Assembly (NCBI GenBank): GCA_024275915.1
Contig: JAJRYG010000070.1
Span: forward strand, 34,361-98,360
DNA: 64,000 bases
Reading direction: 5' to 3'
Origin: Gammaproteobacteria bacterium
GTDB lineage: Bacteria > Pseudomonadota > Gammaproteobacteria > UBA6429 > Thiohalophilaceae
The notes under the pieces were generated by a model. That model was not told the origin of the DNA, searched no databases, and worked only from the letters and a program-made list of their open reading frames with translations. A program made the position numbers and the translations under genes. Below are positions 54,633 to 64,000 of this stretch, one piece after another. The stretch's first letter is position 1, and the number at the start of each line of letters is the position of its first letter.

Positions 54633-55805
54633 TTACTTTGTGTCCGTTTCCTTGCCACTCGTCCCCCGGTACTGTTCGATGAGTTCCACGAACTGATCGA
54701 ACAGGGGAGCGACATCGTGAGGGCCGGGACTGGCTTCCGGGTGCCCCTGGAAGCTGAAAGCCGGGATGTCGGTACGCCGTACGCCCTGCAGGGAACCGTC
54801 GAACAGGGAACGGTGAGTGGGTTCCAGATTGGCCGGCAGGCTGTCTTCTTCCACGGCAAAACCGTGGTTCTGACTGGTGATCATCACCATTTTTGAGTCC
54901 AGATCCTGCACCGGGTGGTTGGCACCGTGATGACCGAACTTCATCTTCACGGTTTTTGCCCCGCTGGCCAGTGACAGCAACTGGTGACCCAGGCAGATGC
55001 CAAACATCGGAATGCCGGTCTCCGACAGGCGGCGAATGGCCTCGATGGCGTAGTCACAGGGTTCCGGATCACCGGGGCCATTGGACAGGAACACCCCATC
55101 GGGCTTGAGTTCCAGCACCTTTTCCACCGGAGTCTGGGCCGGCACCACGGTCAGGTGACAGCCCCGGTCCACCAGCATGCGCAGGATGTTGCGCTTGACG
55201 CCGTAGTCGTAGGCCACCACATGCCAGGGCAGTTTTTCATCGATGGGATGGATGCCCTTGGGCATGCCGCCTTCCAGCGTCCAGCTGCCCTGGGCCCATT
55301 CGTAGGGCATGCCAGTGGTGACCTCCCTGGCCAGATCCATGCCCTTGAGGCCGGGAAAGCCCCGCGCTGCGGCGATGGCGGCCTGTTCGTCGAGGTGCTC
55401 GCCGGCGACGATGCAGCCGTTCTGGGCTCCTTTCTCGCGCAGGATGCGAGTCAGCTTGCGGGTATCGATGTTGGCGATGGCCACCACCTTGTTGTGTGCT
55501 AGGTATTCGGGCAAGGGCCGCTGACTGCGCCAGTTACTGGCGATAGCCGGCACGTCACGGACCACCAGGCCACTGGCATGAATATGGGATGACTCTTCGT
55601 CATCGTCATTGCTGCCCACGTTGCCGATATGCGGGTAGGTCAGGGTGACGATTTGACGGGAATAAGAGGGATCAGTGAGGATTTCCTGGTATCCGGTCAT
55701 GGCGGTATTGAACACCACCTCGCCGATAGTCTGACCAGAAATACCAATCGATTCACCGTGAAAAACAGTGCCGTCTTCCAAAGCAAGCAATGCCGGTTGC
55801 CTCAA
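54633..55805 (-). CDS. carA: carbamoyl-phosphate synthase small subunit (glutamine amidotransferase)
   Basis: 390 aa from the TTG at 55805 (GGAGG 5 nt upstream), giving the N-terminus (M)[16 protein letters not shown]. Has the GATase triad motif GICLGHQ. Confidence 0.9.
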   Translation of the reverse strand: MRQPALLALEDGTVFHGESIGISGQTIGEVVFNTAMTGYQEILTDPSYSRQIVTLTYPHIGNVGSNDDDEESSHIHASGLVVRDVPAIASNWRSQRPLPEYLAHNKVVAIANIDTRKLTRILREKGAQNGCIVAGEHLDEQAAIAAARGFPGLKGMDLAREVTTGMPYEWAQGSWTLEGGMPKGIHPIDEKLPWHVVAYDYGVKRNILRMLVDRGCHLTVVPAQTPVEKVLELKPDGVFLSNGPGDPEPCDYAIEAIRRLSETGIPMFGICLGHQLLSLASGAKTVKMKFGHHGANHPVQDLDSKMVMITSQNHGFAVEEDSLPANLEPTHRSLFDGSLQGVRRTDIPAFSFQGHPEASPGPHDVAPLFDQFVELIEQYRGTSGKETDTK

Positions 55806-55828
55806 GTAAACCTCCACAGGACGCATGT

Positions 55829-55869
55829 ACAAAGCGGGAGGCGCCCGGACTGGGTGCCTCCCGCTTTGT
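55829..55869 (-). promoter_or_regulatory. 14-bp perfect hairpin in the carA leader
   Basis: ACAAAGCGGGAGGC, 13-nt loop, GCCTCCCGCTTTGT. It ends 13 nt upstream of the carA Shine-Dalgarno. Confidence 0.45.
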
Positions 55870-56207
55870 GGAATTTCAGGAAATGGCCGGAAATGCTTTC
55901 AGACCAAAGCGATTCTACTAAAATTTGCCCCATGCTGCCAGCAAAGATTGGCGACGAAGCACACATAACCCGATCATTGCATGATTTTTCGACACTGGAT
56001 GGCGCAGCGCCTTCCATGGCCACATATTCGGAACCGCACCCGAAGGCCCCGCCAGACCACCATTCACCGGCCTGACTGTACCGGCAGGCAGCCAGCCGCG
56101 GCAGGGAAAACTTCCCTTTTGGCCATTCACCACCTATATATAACGGTACACAAATTGCAAAGTAATCCAGTCAGGAATTGGGTTTACCCTCGATAGAGAA
56201 AACAGGC

Positions 56208-57125
56208 ATGTCAAAAACAGGAATAACCACACTGTCCGGTTTATTGCTGGTCATTTTTTCGAGTATTTTCATCTCCATTTTCAGTCCCGGGAGCCATGCG
56301 CATGGGGATGAAGTCAGGCCATCCGCTGACAAGCCCGGGGTTATCCACGATTTCGTCATTACCGGCGTCGTGCTTAACAGTGGCAATGCCAGACTGGTCG
56401 AGCAATTCGTCGAGCTGCTGGGCAAGCACAGTGGTTACCGCATGAAGGCCCGCTTTGTCAGCAGCTACGATGATCTGTCGGATATCCTGCGCAAGCAGCC
56501 TGATGCCATTGGCTGGACCTGTGGCGTCCCGTTTGTGCAGGACCGCCGACGTGACGGCCAGCAACTCATCGGTGTACCCCTGTTCAATGGCAAACCCCTG
56601 TATTACAGCCTCATTCTTGCCCACAGGGACAAAACGGAAAAAATACTGAGCGATTTCAGGGGGCAAGTCCTGGCCTATTCGGATCCCCGCTCCAATTCCG
56701 GCTTCATTGCCCCATCCTATGTCCTGAAAAAACAGGGCATCGACATAAAGAAACATTTTCGCCTGCTCCTGCACACCGGCAATCACGAGCGCAGTATCCG
56801 TGCGCTGCTCAACGGCCTTGCCGATGTCGCGGCCGTCGATGAGTATGTGTGGACGGCCTGGCGCCGCAACAACCCGCAAAAAGCCCGCAAGCTGCGGGTG
56901 CTCCAGCGCCTCGGCCCCTTCCCTTTTACCCCTGTCGTGGCCGGCCGCGCTGTTGCCGAACCCACCCTCCGTACACTGCAGGAGACCCTGACGGCATTGC
57001 CCGACATGCCACAGGGCAGACAGCTGCTGCAGGAATTCGGCCTCGATGGCTTTGTACTTGAAAAACCGGAGTTCTATCAGCCCATCGAGAACATGCTGAT
57101 CGAACTCAATGGCCTGCAGCACTGA
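56208..57125 (+). CDS. PhnD-like (phosphonate-type) periplasmic substrate-binding protein
   Basis: 305 aa from the ATG at 56208 with a signal peptide. The type-2 SBP pattern resembles the PhnD/ABC phosphonate binding family. Confidence 0.7.
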   Translation: MSKTGITTLSGLLLVIFSSIFISIFSPGSHAHGDEVRPSADKPGVIHDFVITGVVLNSGNARLVEQFVELLGKHSGYRMKARFVSSYDDLSDILRKQPDAIGWTCGVPFVQDRRRDGQQLIGVPLFNGKPLYYSLILAHRDKTEKILSDFRGQVLAYSDPRSNSGFIAPSYVLKKQGIDIKKHFRLLLHTGNHERSIRALLNGLADVAAVDEYVWTAWRRNNPQKARKLRVLQRLGPFPFTPVVAGRAVAEPTLRTLQETLTALPDMPQGRQLLQEFGLDGFVLEKPEFYQPIENMLIELNGLQH

Positions 57126-57137
57126 GCGACAGGGAAC

Positions 57138-58679
57138 ATGATGCTGACCTGGATAAAACAGTCCTTTGCCAGACAGACCGGCGCCATCATGCTCATCACC
57201 GGCTTGTTGCTCAATTCCCTTTATTCCTTCATCAGCTATCAGAACGAAACCCGACAACTCGAAGAGTTCATCGAATCCGAGGCCCGGCAACTGACCGAAA
57301 TCCTCGCCCTGCTGATCACCGATGATCTGCGCTATGAAAAATATTATGACCTGTGGGACAAGATCATCCGTGTGAAAAACAACTACCGGCAACAGAGCCA
57401 GCATGGCCGCCTGTTCAACATACGCAGCATTGCCATCCTCGACAAACAGGAGAAAATTGCCGGCCACACGGATCCACAACACTTCCCGCTGAAATCCGAC
57501 TACGCAAGCATTGCCCCCAACAATGTCAGGCACGGACATATCTTCAGTGATTATCACCATGAATGGCGAGATGACATGTCGACCCTGCTCATGCATATTC
57601 CGCTACGATTTGGTGACGAGGTGATTGGCGCCCTGCTCCTGGAACTCGACCCCTCACCGCTGATCAAGCATAAAAAACAGCTTATTACGGGTTATGTCAT
57701 ATACCAGTTCGTGCTGATCTCCATCATCCTCATCCTCGCCATGCTGTTTGCCATCTGGATTGCCAAACCTGTCGGACTTGCAGTCAGGGTCCTTGATGAT
57801 ATTGGCAAGGGCAACATCCACCTTCGTGGACTGACCCAGCGGCAGGATGAATTTGGCAAACTGGGTGAAGCCATCGAAAAGGCCGACCAGCGTATCTTCC
57901 ACGACACCCAAAAACTGCAGCAGCAGCAGGACGAACTGGAAAAAAACCGCAAACTGCTCGAGCAAAGAGTCCAGCAACGCACGGGGGAACTCGAGGAAGC
58001 CAACAAGGAACTGGCAGCATTCAGTTATTCCGTTTCCCACGATCTTCGCTCTCCCCTGCGTGCCATCGATGGTTTCGCCCAGGCACTGGACGAAGACTAC
58101 GAAGAGAAACTGGATGAAACCGGCAAAAACTACATTGCCCGCATTCGTGCCGGGGTGCAGCGCATGAGTAATCTCATCGATGACATGTTGATGCTGTCAC
58201 GGGTCAGCCGGCGGGAAATCGAGTCTTTTCCCGTCAATCTGTCGGAGATGGCAGAAAGAATCCGCCGACGGCTGCAGGAACAGGATCCGGACAGGCCAGT
58301 CGAATGGAACATTGCCAGACAGGTTCGGGTCGAAGGAGATCCCCATCTGCTGGAAATTCTCATGACCAACCTGCTGGACAATGCCTGGAAGTACACGGGC
58401 AAGACCATGGAACCCCGCATCGAATTCGGCACAATGGACGAAAAGGGCGAGACGGTTTATTTCGTTCGCGACAATGGTGCCGGCTTCGACATGAAATATG
58501 CCGACAAGCTGTTTGGCGTGTTCCAGCGCCTGCATGCCATGGGCGAATTCGAAGGCACCGGCATTGGTCTGGCCACCGTGGCCCGCATCCTCCAGCGCCA
58601 TGGTGGGCGGATCTGGGCCGATGCCCAGGTCGACAAGGGCGCAACGTTCTACTTCACGATTGGGGAAAGAAGCAGATAA
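57138..58679 (+). CDS. sensor histidine kinase (two TM, HAMP, coiled coil, HisKA, HATPase)
   Basis: 513 aa with H-box FSYSVSHDLRSPLRAI, N box LLDNAWKY and G boxes DNGAGF and GTGIGL. No response regulator gene is adjacent. Confidence 0.9.
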   Translation: MMLTWIKQSFARQTGAIMLITGLLLNSLYSFISYQNETRQLEEFIESEARQLTEILALLITDDLRYEKYYDLWDKIIRVKNNYRQQSQHGRLFNIRSIAILDKQEKIAGHTDPQHFPLKSDYASIAPNNVRHGHIFSDYHHEWRDDMSTLLMHIPLRFGDEVIGALLLELDPSPLIKHKKQLITGYVIYQFVLISIILILAMLFAIWIAKPVGLAVRVLDDIGKGNIHLRGLTQRQDEFGKLGEAIEKADQRIFHDTQKLQQQQDELEKNRKLLEQRVQQRTGELEEANKELAAFSYSVSHDLRSPLRAIDGFAQALDEDYEEKLDETGKNYIARIRAGVQRMSNLIDDMLMLSRVSRREIESFPVNLSEMAERIRRRLQEQDPDRPVEWNIARQVRVEGDPHLLEILMTNLLDNAWKYTGKTMEPRIEFGTMDEKGETVYFVRDNGAGFDMKYADKLFGVFQRLHAMGEFEGTGIGLATVARILQRHGGRIWADAQVDKGATFYFTIGERSR

Positions 58680-58812
58680 AAGATACAAGATGAAAGGGGA
58701 TGAGTGGCTGTGCCACGGCCGGGGTGAGGGCTCAGGGAAGAAGTCAGGAACCAGGATCAGGGATTAGCGTAAAAATCAGCGGCGCACCGCGCCACCAACT
58801 CTTGTATCTTTT
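58678..58812. repeat. 135-bp element bounded by perfect 13-bp inverted repeats
   Basis: AAAAGATACAAGA (58678..58690) and TCTTGTATCTTTT (58800..58812). It lies between convergent genes (kinase and dapB). Confidence 0.6.
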
Positions 58813-58825
58813 ATCTTGTCCCTTG

Positions 58826-59853
<1,028 letters not shown>

Positions 59854-59858
<5 letters not shown>

Positions 59859-60993
59859 TCTTCATGTCCTCGAAGAATTTCTTCACGCCGTCCAGCCACG
59901 ACGAGGCGCGCGGGCTGTGATTGACACTATCGTCTTTCATCGAGGCTTCGAATTCCTTGAGCAGCTGTTTTTGCTTCTTGGTCAGATTGACTGGCGTTTC
60001 CACCACCACCCGGCACATGAGGTCGCCCGTATGGTGGCCCCGCACGGATTTGACCCCCTTGCCTCGCAAACGGAACATCTTGCCGCTCTGGCTTTCGGGA
60101 GGGATTTTCAGATTGACCCGACCATCGAGGGTGGGCACTTCCAGCTCACCACCCAAACTGGCGGTGACGACGCTGATGGGAACTTCACAGAACAGGTCGT
60201 TGCCGTCACGTTCGAAAATGGGGTGGGGCTTGACGTTGACATGCACATACAGATCACCGGCCGGGCCACCGTTTTCACCGGCTTCACCTTCCCCCCCCAG
60301 ACGGATGCGATCCCCCGTATCGACACCGGCAGGTACCTTGACCGACAGGGTTTTCTGTTTCTCTACCCGGCCCTGGCCGTGACACTTGCCACAGGGGGTT
60401 TCGATCATCTTGCCGGTGCCATGACAGCGTGGGCAGGTTTGCTGCAGGGAAAAGAAACCCTGTTGCATGCGCACCTGGCCATGGCCGCCACAGGTGGTAC
60501 AGGTTACCGGGCTGGTGCCTTTCCTGGCCCCCGTGCCATTGCATTCATCACATTCCACGTGGGTGGGAATGCGGATGTTGACCGAGGTACCCCGTACCGC
60601 TTCTTCCAGGCTCAGCTCCAGGTTGTAGCGCAGGTCGGCGCCCCGATAGACCCGTTGCCCCGAATGGCCACCCCCGCCGCCACCAAAGATGTCCCCAAAG
60701 ACATCACCAAAAATATCGCTGAAGCTGGCTCCGCCACCACCAAATCCGGCTCCTGCGCCCATCGACGGATCGACACCGGCATGACCAAACTGGTCATAGG
60801 CCGCACGTTTTTGTGCATCACTGAGCACTTCGTAGGCCTCCTTGGCTTCCTTGAATTTCTCTTCTGCATTTTCCACATCGGGATTCCTGTCCGGATGCAG
60901 CTTCATGGCCAGGCGTTTGAAGGCTTTCTTGATTTCGGCTTCGCTGGCATTTCTTGCCACACACAGCACTTCGTAGTAATCACGTTTAGACAT
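59854..60993 (-). CDS. dnaJ: molecular chaperone DnaJ
   Basis: 379 aa from the ATG at 60993 with a J domain (HPD), a G/F region and four CxxCxGxG zinc motifs. Confidence 0.97.
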
Positions 60994-61081
60994 TGTTATT
61001 GACTGCAATCTTCAGGTTAAAAATCACCCTCATCGATGAAAACCGAGGGTAATGGAAAAACATTTCCTTTAAACAACAAAT

Positions 61082-61105
61082 GGCTGCGTGTAAAAACACG
61101 CAGCC
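61082..61105 (-). terminator. hairpin between dnaK and dnaJ (attenuator-like)
   Basis: GGCTGCGTG-loop-CACGCAGCC, followed on the minus strand by ATTTGTTGTTT. Confidence 0.4.
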
Positions 61106-61147
61106 AGCTGTCAACGTCACTGTGCAGTGAATTTCACTGTGCAGCCG

Positions 61148-63115
61148 TTACTTCTTGTTGTCGTTGACCTCTTCGAACTCGGCATCGACAACATCCTCAT
61201 CGGCAGAAGCCTGTTCAGCCGAAGCGCCTTCCGCTCCAGCGGCACCGGCGGCACCGGCGGCACCGGCGGCACCCGCCGCACCTGCACCAGCTGCACCCTG
61301 CTCGGCATACATCTTCTCGGCCATCTTGCCGGATGCGTCGGTCAGTGCCTTGGTCTTGGCCTCGATATCGGCGATATAATCCGACTTCATGGCTTCTTCG
61401 AGATCCTTGATGGCCGCTTCGATCTTCGATTTCTCGTCGGCTTCCAGCTTGTCACCCATTTCCTCGATGGACTTGCGGGTTGCATGGATCATGGTGTCTG
61501 CCTGGTTACGGGCAGCGACCAGTTCATGGAACTTCTTGTCTTCATCGGCATGGGCTTCGGCATCCTTGACCATCTTTTCGATCTCATCGTCACTCAGACC
61601 ACTGGAGGCCTTGATGACAATGGACTGTTCCTTGCCTGTGGCCTTGTCCCTGGCAGTCACATTGAGGATGCCGTTGGCGTCGATATCGAAGTTCACTTCG
61701 ATCTGCGGTGTGCCCCGCGGTGCCGGCGGAATATCGGTGAGGTCGAAACGACCCAGTGACTTGTTGGCATCGGCACGTTCACGTTCACCCTGCAATACAT
61801 GGACCGTCACGGCCGTCTGGTTGTCATCGGCGGTGGAGAACACCTGGGTTGCCTTGGTCGGGATGGTGGTGTTCTTCTCGATCAGCTTGGTCATGACACC
61901 GCCCATGGTTTCGATACCCAGGGACAGCGGAGTGACGTCGAGCAACAGTACATCCTTGACTTCACCACCGAGTACCCCACCCTGAATGGCTGCGCCCACG
62001 GCGACAGCTTCGTCCGGGTTGACGTCCTTGCGCGGTTCCTTGCCGAAGAAGTCCTTGACGGTTTCCTGTACCTTGGGCATGCGACTCTGACCACCGACGA
62101 GAATGACGTCGTCGATTTCAGAAGCACTCACGCTAGCGTCCTTCAGGGCCAGTTTGCAAGGTTCGATGGAACGGGCAATCAGATCCTCGACCAGCGATTC
62201 CAGCTTGGCACGGGTGACCTTGATGTTCATGTGTTTGGGCCCGGACGCATCTGCAGTAATATAAGGCAGATTGACGTCGGTCTGCTGTGCAGAGGACAGC
62301 TCCACCTTGGCCTTTTCAGCGGCTTCTTTCAGACGCTGCAGGGCCAGCGGGTCATTGCGCAGGTCAATGCCCTGTTCCTTCTTGAACTCTTCGACCAGGT
62401 AGTCGATGAGACGCATGTCGAAATCTTCACCACCGAGGAAGGTGTCACCATTGGTGGACAGCACCTCGATCTGGTGTTCGCCATCGATGTCGGCAATTTC
62501 GATGATGGAAATATCGAAGGTACCTCCACCGAGGTCATAGACGGCAACCTTGCGGTCCCCTTCCTTCTTGTCCATGCCAAAGGCCAGCGCCGCGGCGGTG
62601 GGCTCGTTGATGATGCGCTTGACATCCAGACCGGCGATCTTGCCGGCATCCTTGGTGGCCTGACGCTGGGAGTCGTTGAAGTAGGCCGGTACGGTGATCA
62701 CCGCTTCGGTCACTTCTTCGCCCAGGTAGTCTTCGGCGGTCTTTTTCATTTTCTGCAGTATTCGTGCAGCGATTTCCGGTGGTGCCATCTTCTTGCCATC
62801 GACTTCAACCCAGGCATCACCGTTGTCGGCCTTGACGATCTTGTACGGTACCATTTTGATGTCCTTCTGGACTTCGGCATCATCGTACTTACGACCGATG
62901 AGGCGCTTGATGGCGTACAGGGTCTTTTCCGGGTTGGTGACCGCCTGGCGTTTGGCCGGCTGGCCAACCAGAACTTCATCGCCGCTGGCAAAGGCGACGA
63001 CAGATGGCGTGGTGCGATCACCTTCGCTGTTTTCGATTACCTTGGGGGTACCATTTTCCATGACGGCTACGCAGGAGTTGGTAGTCCCCAGATCGATTCC
63101 GATTATTTTTCCCAT
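61148..63115 (-). CDS. dnaK: molecular chaperone DnaK
   Basis: 655 aa with [18 protein letters not shown] and full-length Hsp70. It has an unusual Gly/Ala repeat near the C-terminus. Confidence 0.98.
   Translation of the reverse strand: MGKIIGIDLGTTNSCVAVMENGTPKVIENSEGDRTTPSVVAFASGDEVLVGQPAKRQAVTNPEKTLYAIKRLIGRKYDDAEVQKDIKMVPYKIVKADNGDAWVEVDGKKMAPPEIAARILQKMKKTAEDYLGEEVTEAVITVPAYFNDSQRQATKDAGKIAGLDVKRIINEPTAAALAFGMDKKEGDRKVAVYDLGGGTFDISIIEIADIDGEHQIEVLSTNGDTFLGGEDFDMRLIDYLVEEFKKEQGIDLRNDPLALQRLKEAAEKAKVELSSAQQTDVNLPYITADASGPKHMNIKVTRAKLESLVEDLIARSIEPCKLALKDASVSASEIDDVILVGGQSRMPKVQETVKDFFGKEPRKDVNPDEAVAVGAAIQGGVLGGEVKDVLLLDVTPLSLGIETMGGVMTKLIEKNTTIPTKATQVFSTADDNQTAVTVHVLQGERERADANKSLGRFDLTDIPPAPRGTPQIEVNFDIDANGILNVTARDKATGKEQSIVIKASSGLSDDEIEKMVKDAEAHADEDKKFHELVAARNQADTMIHATRKSIEEMGDKLEADEKSKIEAAIKDLEEAMKSDYIADIEAKTKALTDASGKMAEKMYAEQGAAGAGAAGAAGAAGAAGAAGAEGASAEQASADEDVVDAEFEEVNDNKK
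61239..61292. repeat. tandem 9-bp repeat inside the dnaK 3' region
   Basis: GCGGCACCG three times, then the decaying units GCGGCACCC, GCCGCACCT and GCACCAGCT. Encodes (GAA)n: AAGAGAAGAAGAAGAAGAAGA. Confidence 0.85.
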
Positions 63116-63169
63116 TCCTCTTTCTCCAAATATCTGTGATTTAATGTTGGTGCAATTCTGTTACTGTGT

Positions 63170-63197
63170 TAATGGGGCCCGGCAAATGAAGTTCAAG
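63170..63197 (-). promoter_or_regulatory. sigma32 (RpoH) heat-shock promoter of dnaK
   Basis: The minus strand reads CTTGAA, 14 nt spacer, CCCCATTA. The -35 overlaps the grpE stop. Confidence 0.65.
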
Positions 63198-63810
63198 CCT
63201 CTTCATCAATATTTGCGCCCTTTTTGTCATTTTCACCGTCAGGACCCTTGTTTACGGCTGGCTTGGAGACCACCACCATGGCCGGACGGATCAGGCGATC
63301 ATTGATGGTGTAGCCTTTTTGCATCACGTTCATGACCGTATTGGGCTCGTGATGGGGGGATTCCAGCATGGACATGGCCTGGTGATATTCCGGGTTGAAG
63401 GGCTCACCTTCGGGGTGTACGGCCTGAATGCCAAACTTGTCGATGGCGGCGAGCAGCATTTTCAGGGTCAGCTCGGTGCCTTCCCTGACCTGCTCGAGAC
63501 TGGCGCCTTCGGCGGAGGCAGCCGCTGCGCCCATTTCCAGACTGTCGATGACCGGCAGCAGCTCCTGGGCAAAGCGTTCGAGGGCATATTTGTGTGCATT
63601 TTCCAGCTCCCTGTCGTGGCGACGACGCAGATTTTCCATTTCAGCTTTTGTCCGCAGCAGATTATCCCAGTTTTCCTGGGCTTTTTTCTCCGCGTCCTGC
63701 AGGCGGGCCTGCAGTTCCTCGACGGACAGGTCTTCGATATCGGCGGCCGAATCCGTGTTTTCGGTGTTCACTGCGTCCGTGGTGTCCTGAGAGACGTCAT
63801 TCTTGCTCAT
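63193..63810 (-). CDS. grpE: nucleotide exchange factor GrpE
   Basis: 205 aa from the ATG at 63810 (GGAG RBS), with an acidic N-terminus, a coiled coil and a C-terminus ...GY..NDRLIRPAMV.V. Confidence 0.93.
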   Translation of the reverse strand: MSKNDVSQDTTDAVNTENTDSAADIEDLSVEELQARLQDAEKKAQENWDNLLRTKAEMENLRRRHDRELENAHKYALERFAQELLPVIDSLEMGAAAASAEGASLEQVREGTELTLKMLLAAIDKFGIQAVHPEGEPFNPEYHQAMSMLESPHHEPNTVMNVMQKGYTINDRLIRPAMVVVSKPAVNKGPDGENDKKGANIDEEA

Positions 63811-63867
63811 TGTTTCTCCACACAATAATTAATGTAAGGGTTCTGTTAAAACCAGCGTTGCTCCCTG

Positions 63868-63895
63868 ATATGGGGACGATTATTCAGAGCTCAAG
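63868..63895 (-). promoter_or_regulatory. sigma32 (RpoH) heat-shock promoter of grpE
   Basis: The minus strand reads CTTGAG, 14 nt spacer, CCCCATAT. It lies 58 nt upstream of the grpE ATG, and the -35 sits inside the hrcA 3' end. Confidence 0.6.
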
Positions 63896-64000
63896 AAGCT
63901 GCTGAGGATTTTTGCCGTGACATCGACCACCGGGATGATTTCGTCGTAGGCCATGCGGGTGGGACCGATGACCCCGAGTACCCCAACCACCGTATCTCCG
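63880..64000 (-). CDS. hrcA: heat-inducible transcription repressor HrcA (C-terminal 39 codons only; gene runs off the window)
   Basis: The minus-strand translation ..[39 protein letters not shown] matches the conserved HrcA C-terminus. Confidence 0.8.
   Translation of the reverse strand, partial: GDTVVGVLGVIGPTRMAYDEIIPVVDVTAKILSSFLSSE

Noticed and set aside
63116-63880. A CIRCE operator for HrcA next to grpE or dnaK.
   Set aside because: I found no TTAGCACTC-N9-GAGTGCTAA-like inverted repeat in either spacer. Both contain sigma32-type promoters instead.

Overview
This is a 64-kb chromosomal window. From gene content it probably comes from a gammaproteobacterial-type sulfur-oxidising, N2O-respiring organism. 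All calls rest on reading the ORF translations and the DNA by eye; no database search was run.

Gene order:
- 0-10 kb: metE; yaeQ-arfB; an HPP membrane protein; ychJ; efpL (yeiP); a HopJ-like gene; a DUF3581-like gene; slyD; a GAF/HD-GYP gene; an FAD oxidoreductase.
- 10.2-18.2 kb, minus strand: a complete clade-I nosRZDFYL N2O-reductase cluster.
- 18.6-22 kb: a small HExxH ORF, an IMPase-family gene, an M16 peptidase and tRNA-fMet.
- 22.3-27.6 kb: soxYZ, an exported DsrE-like gene, and a sensor kinase with a sigma54 enhancer-binding response regulator.
- 27.7-42.7 kb: DUF2818 and the 14-gene nuoA-N operon.
- 43.5-64 kb: tRNA-Leu, secG-tpiA-glmM-folP-ftsH-rlmE, yhbY, DUF4149, greA, carAB, a PhnD-like binding protein with an orphan kinase, dapB, and dnaJ-dnaK-grpE-hrcA (hrcA partial).

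I found no defence system, CRISPR array, transposase or prophage.

The observations most worth a second look:
1. Three conserved genes are disrupted at single sites: an in-frame TAG in nuoE, an in-frame TAA in the DUF3581-like gene, and a 1-nt frame break at the efpL N-terminus.
2. The sulfur-carrier module looks self-contained. Two good -24/-12 sigma54 promoters face soxYZ and the DsrE-like gene, they flank the enhancer-binding regulator gene, and a 13-nt palindromic motif is shared by three of its intergenic regions.
3. There are two families of structured intergenic repeats and a perfect 68-bp duplication of the tRNA-Leu 3' end plus its terminator.
4. Predicted regulatory sites include an FNR/DNR-type box upstream of nosR and sigma32 promoters for grpE and dnaK.

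Base composition is visibly mosaic: the accessory blocks are more AT-rich than the housekeeping genes.
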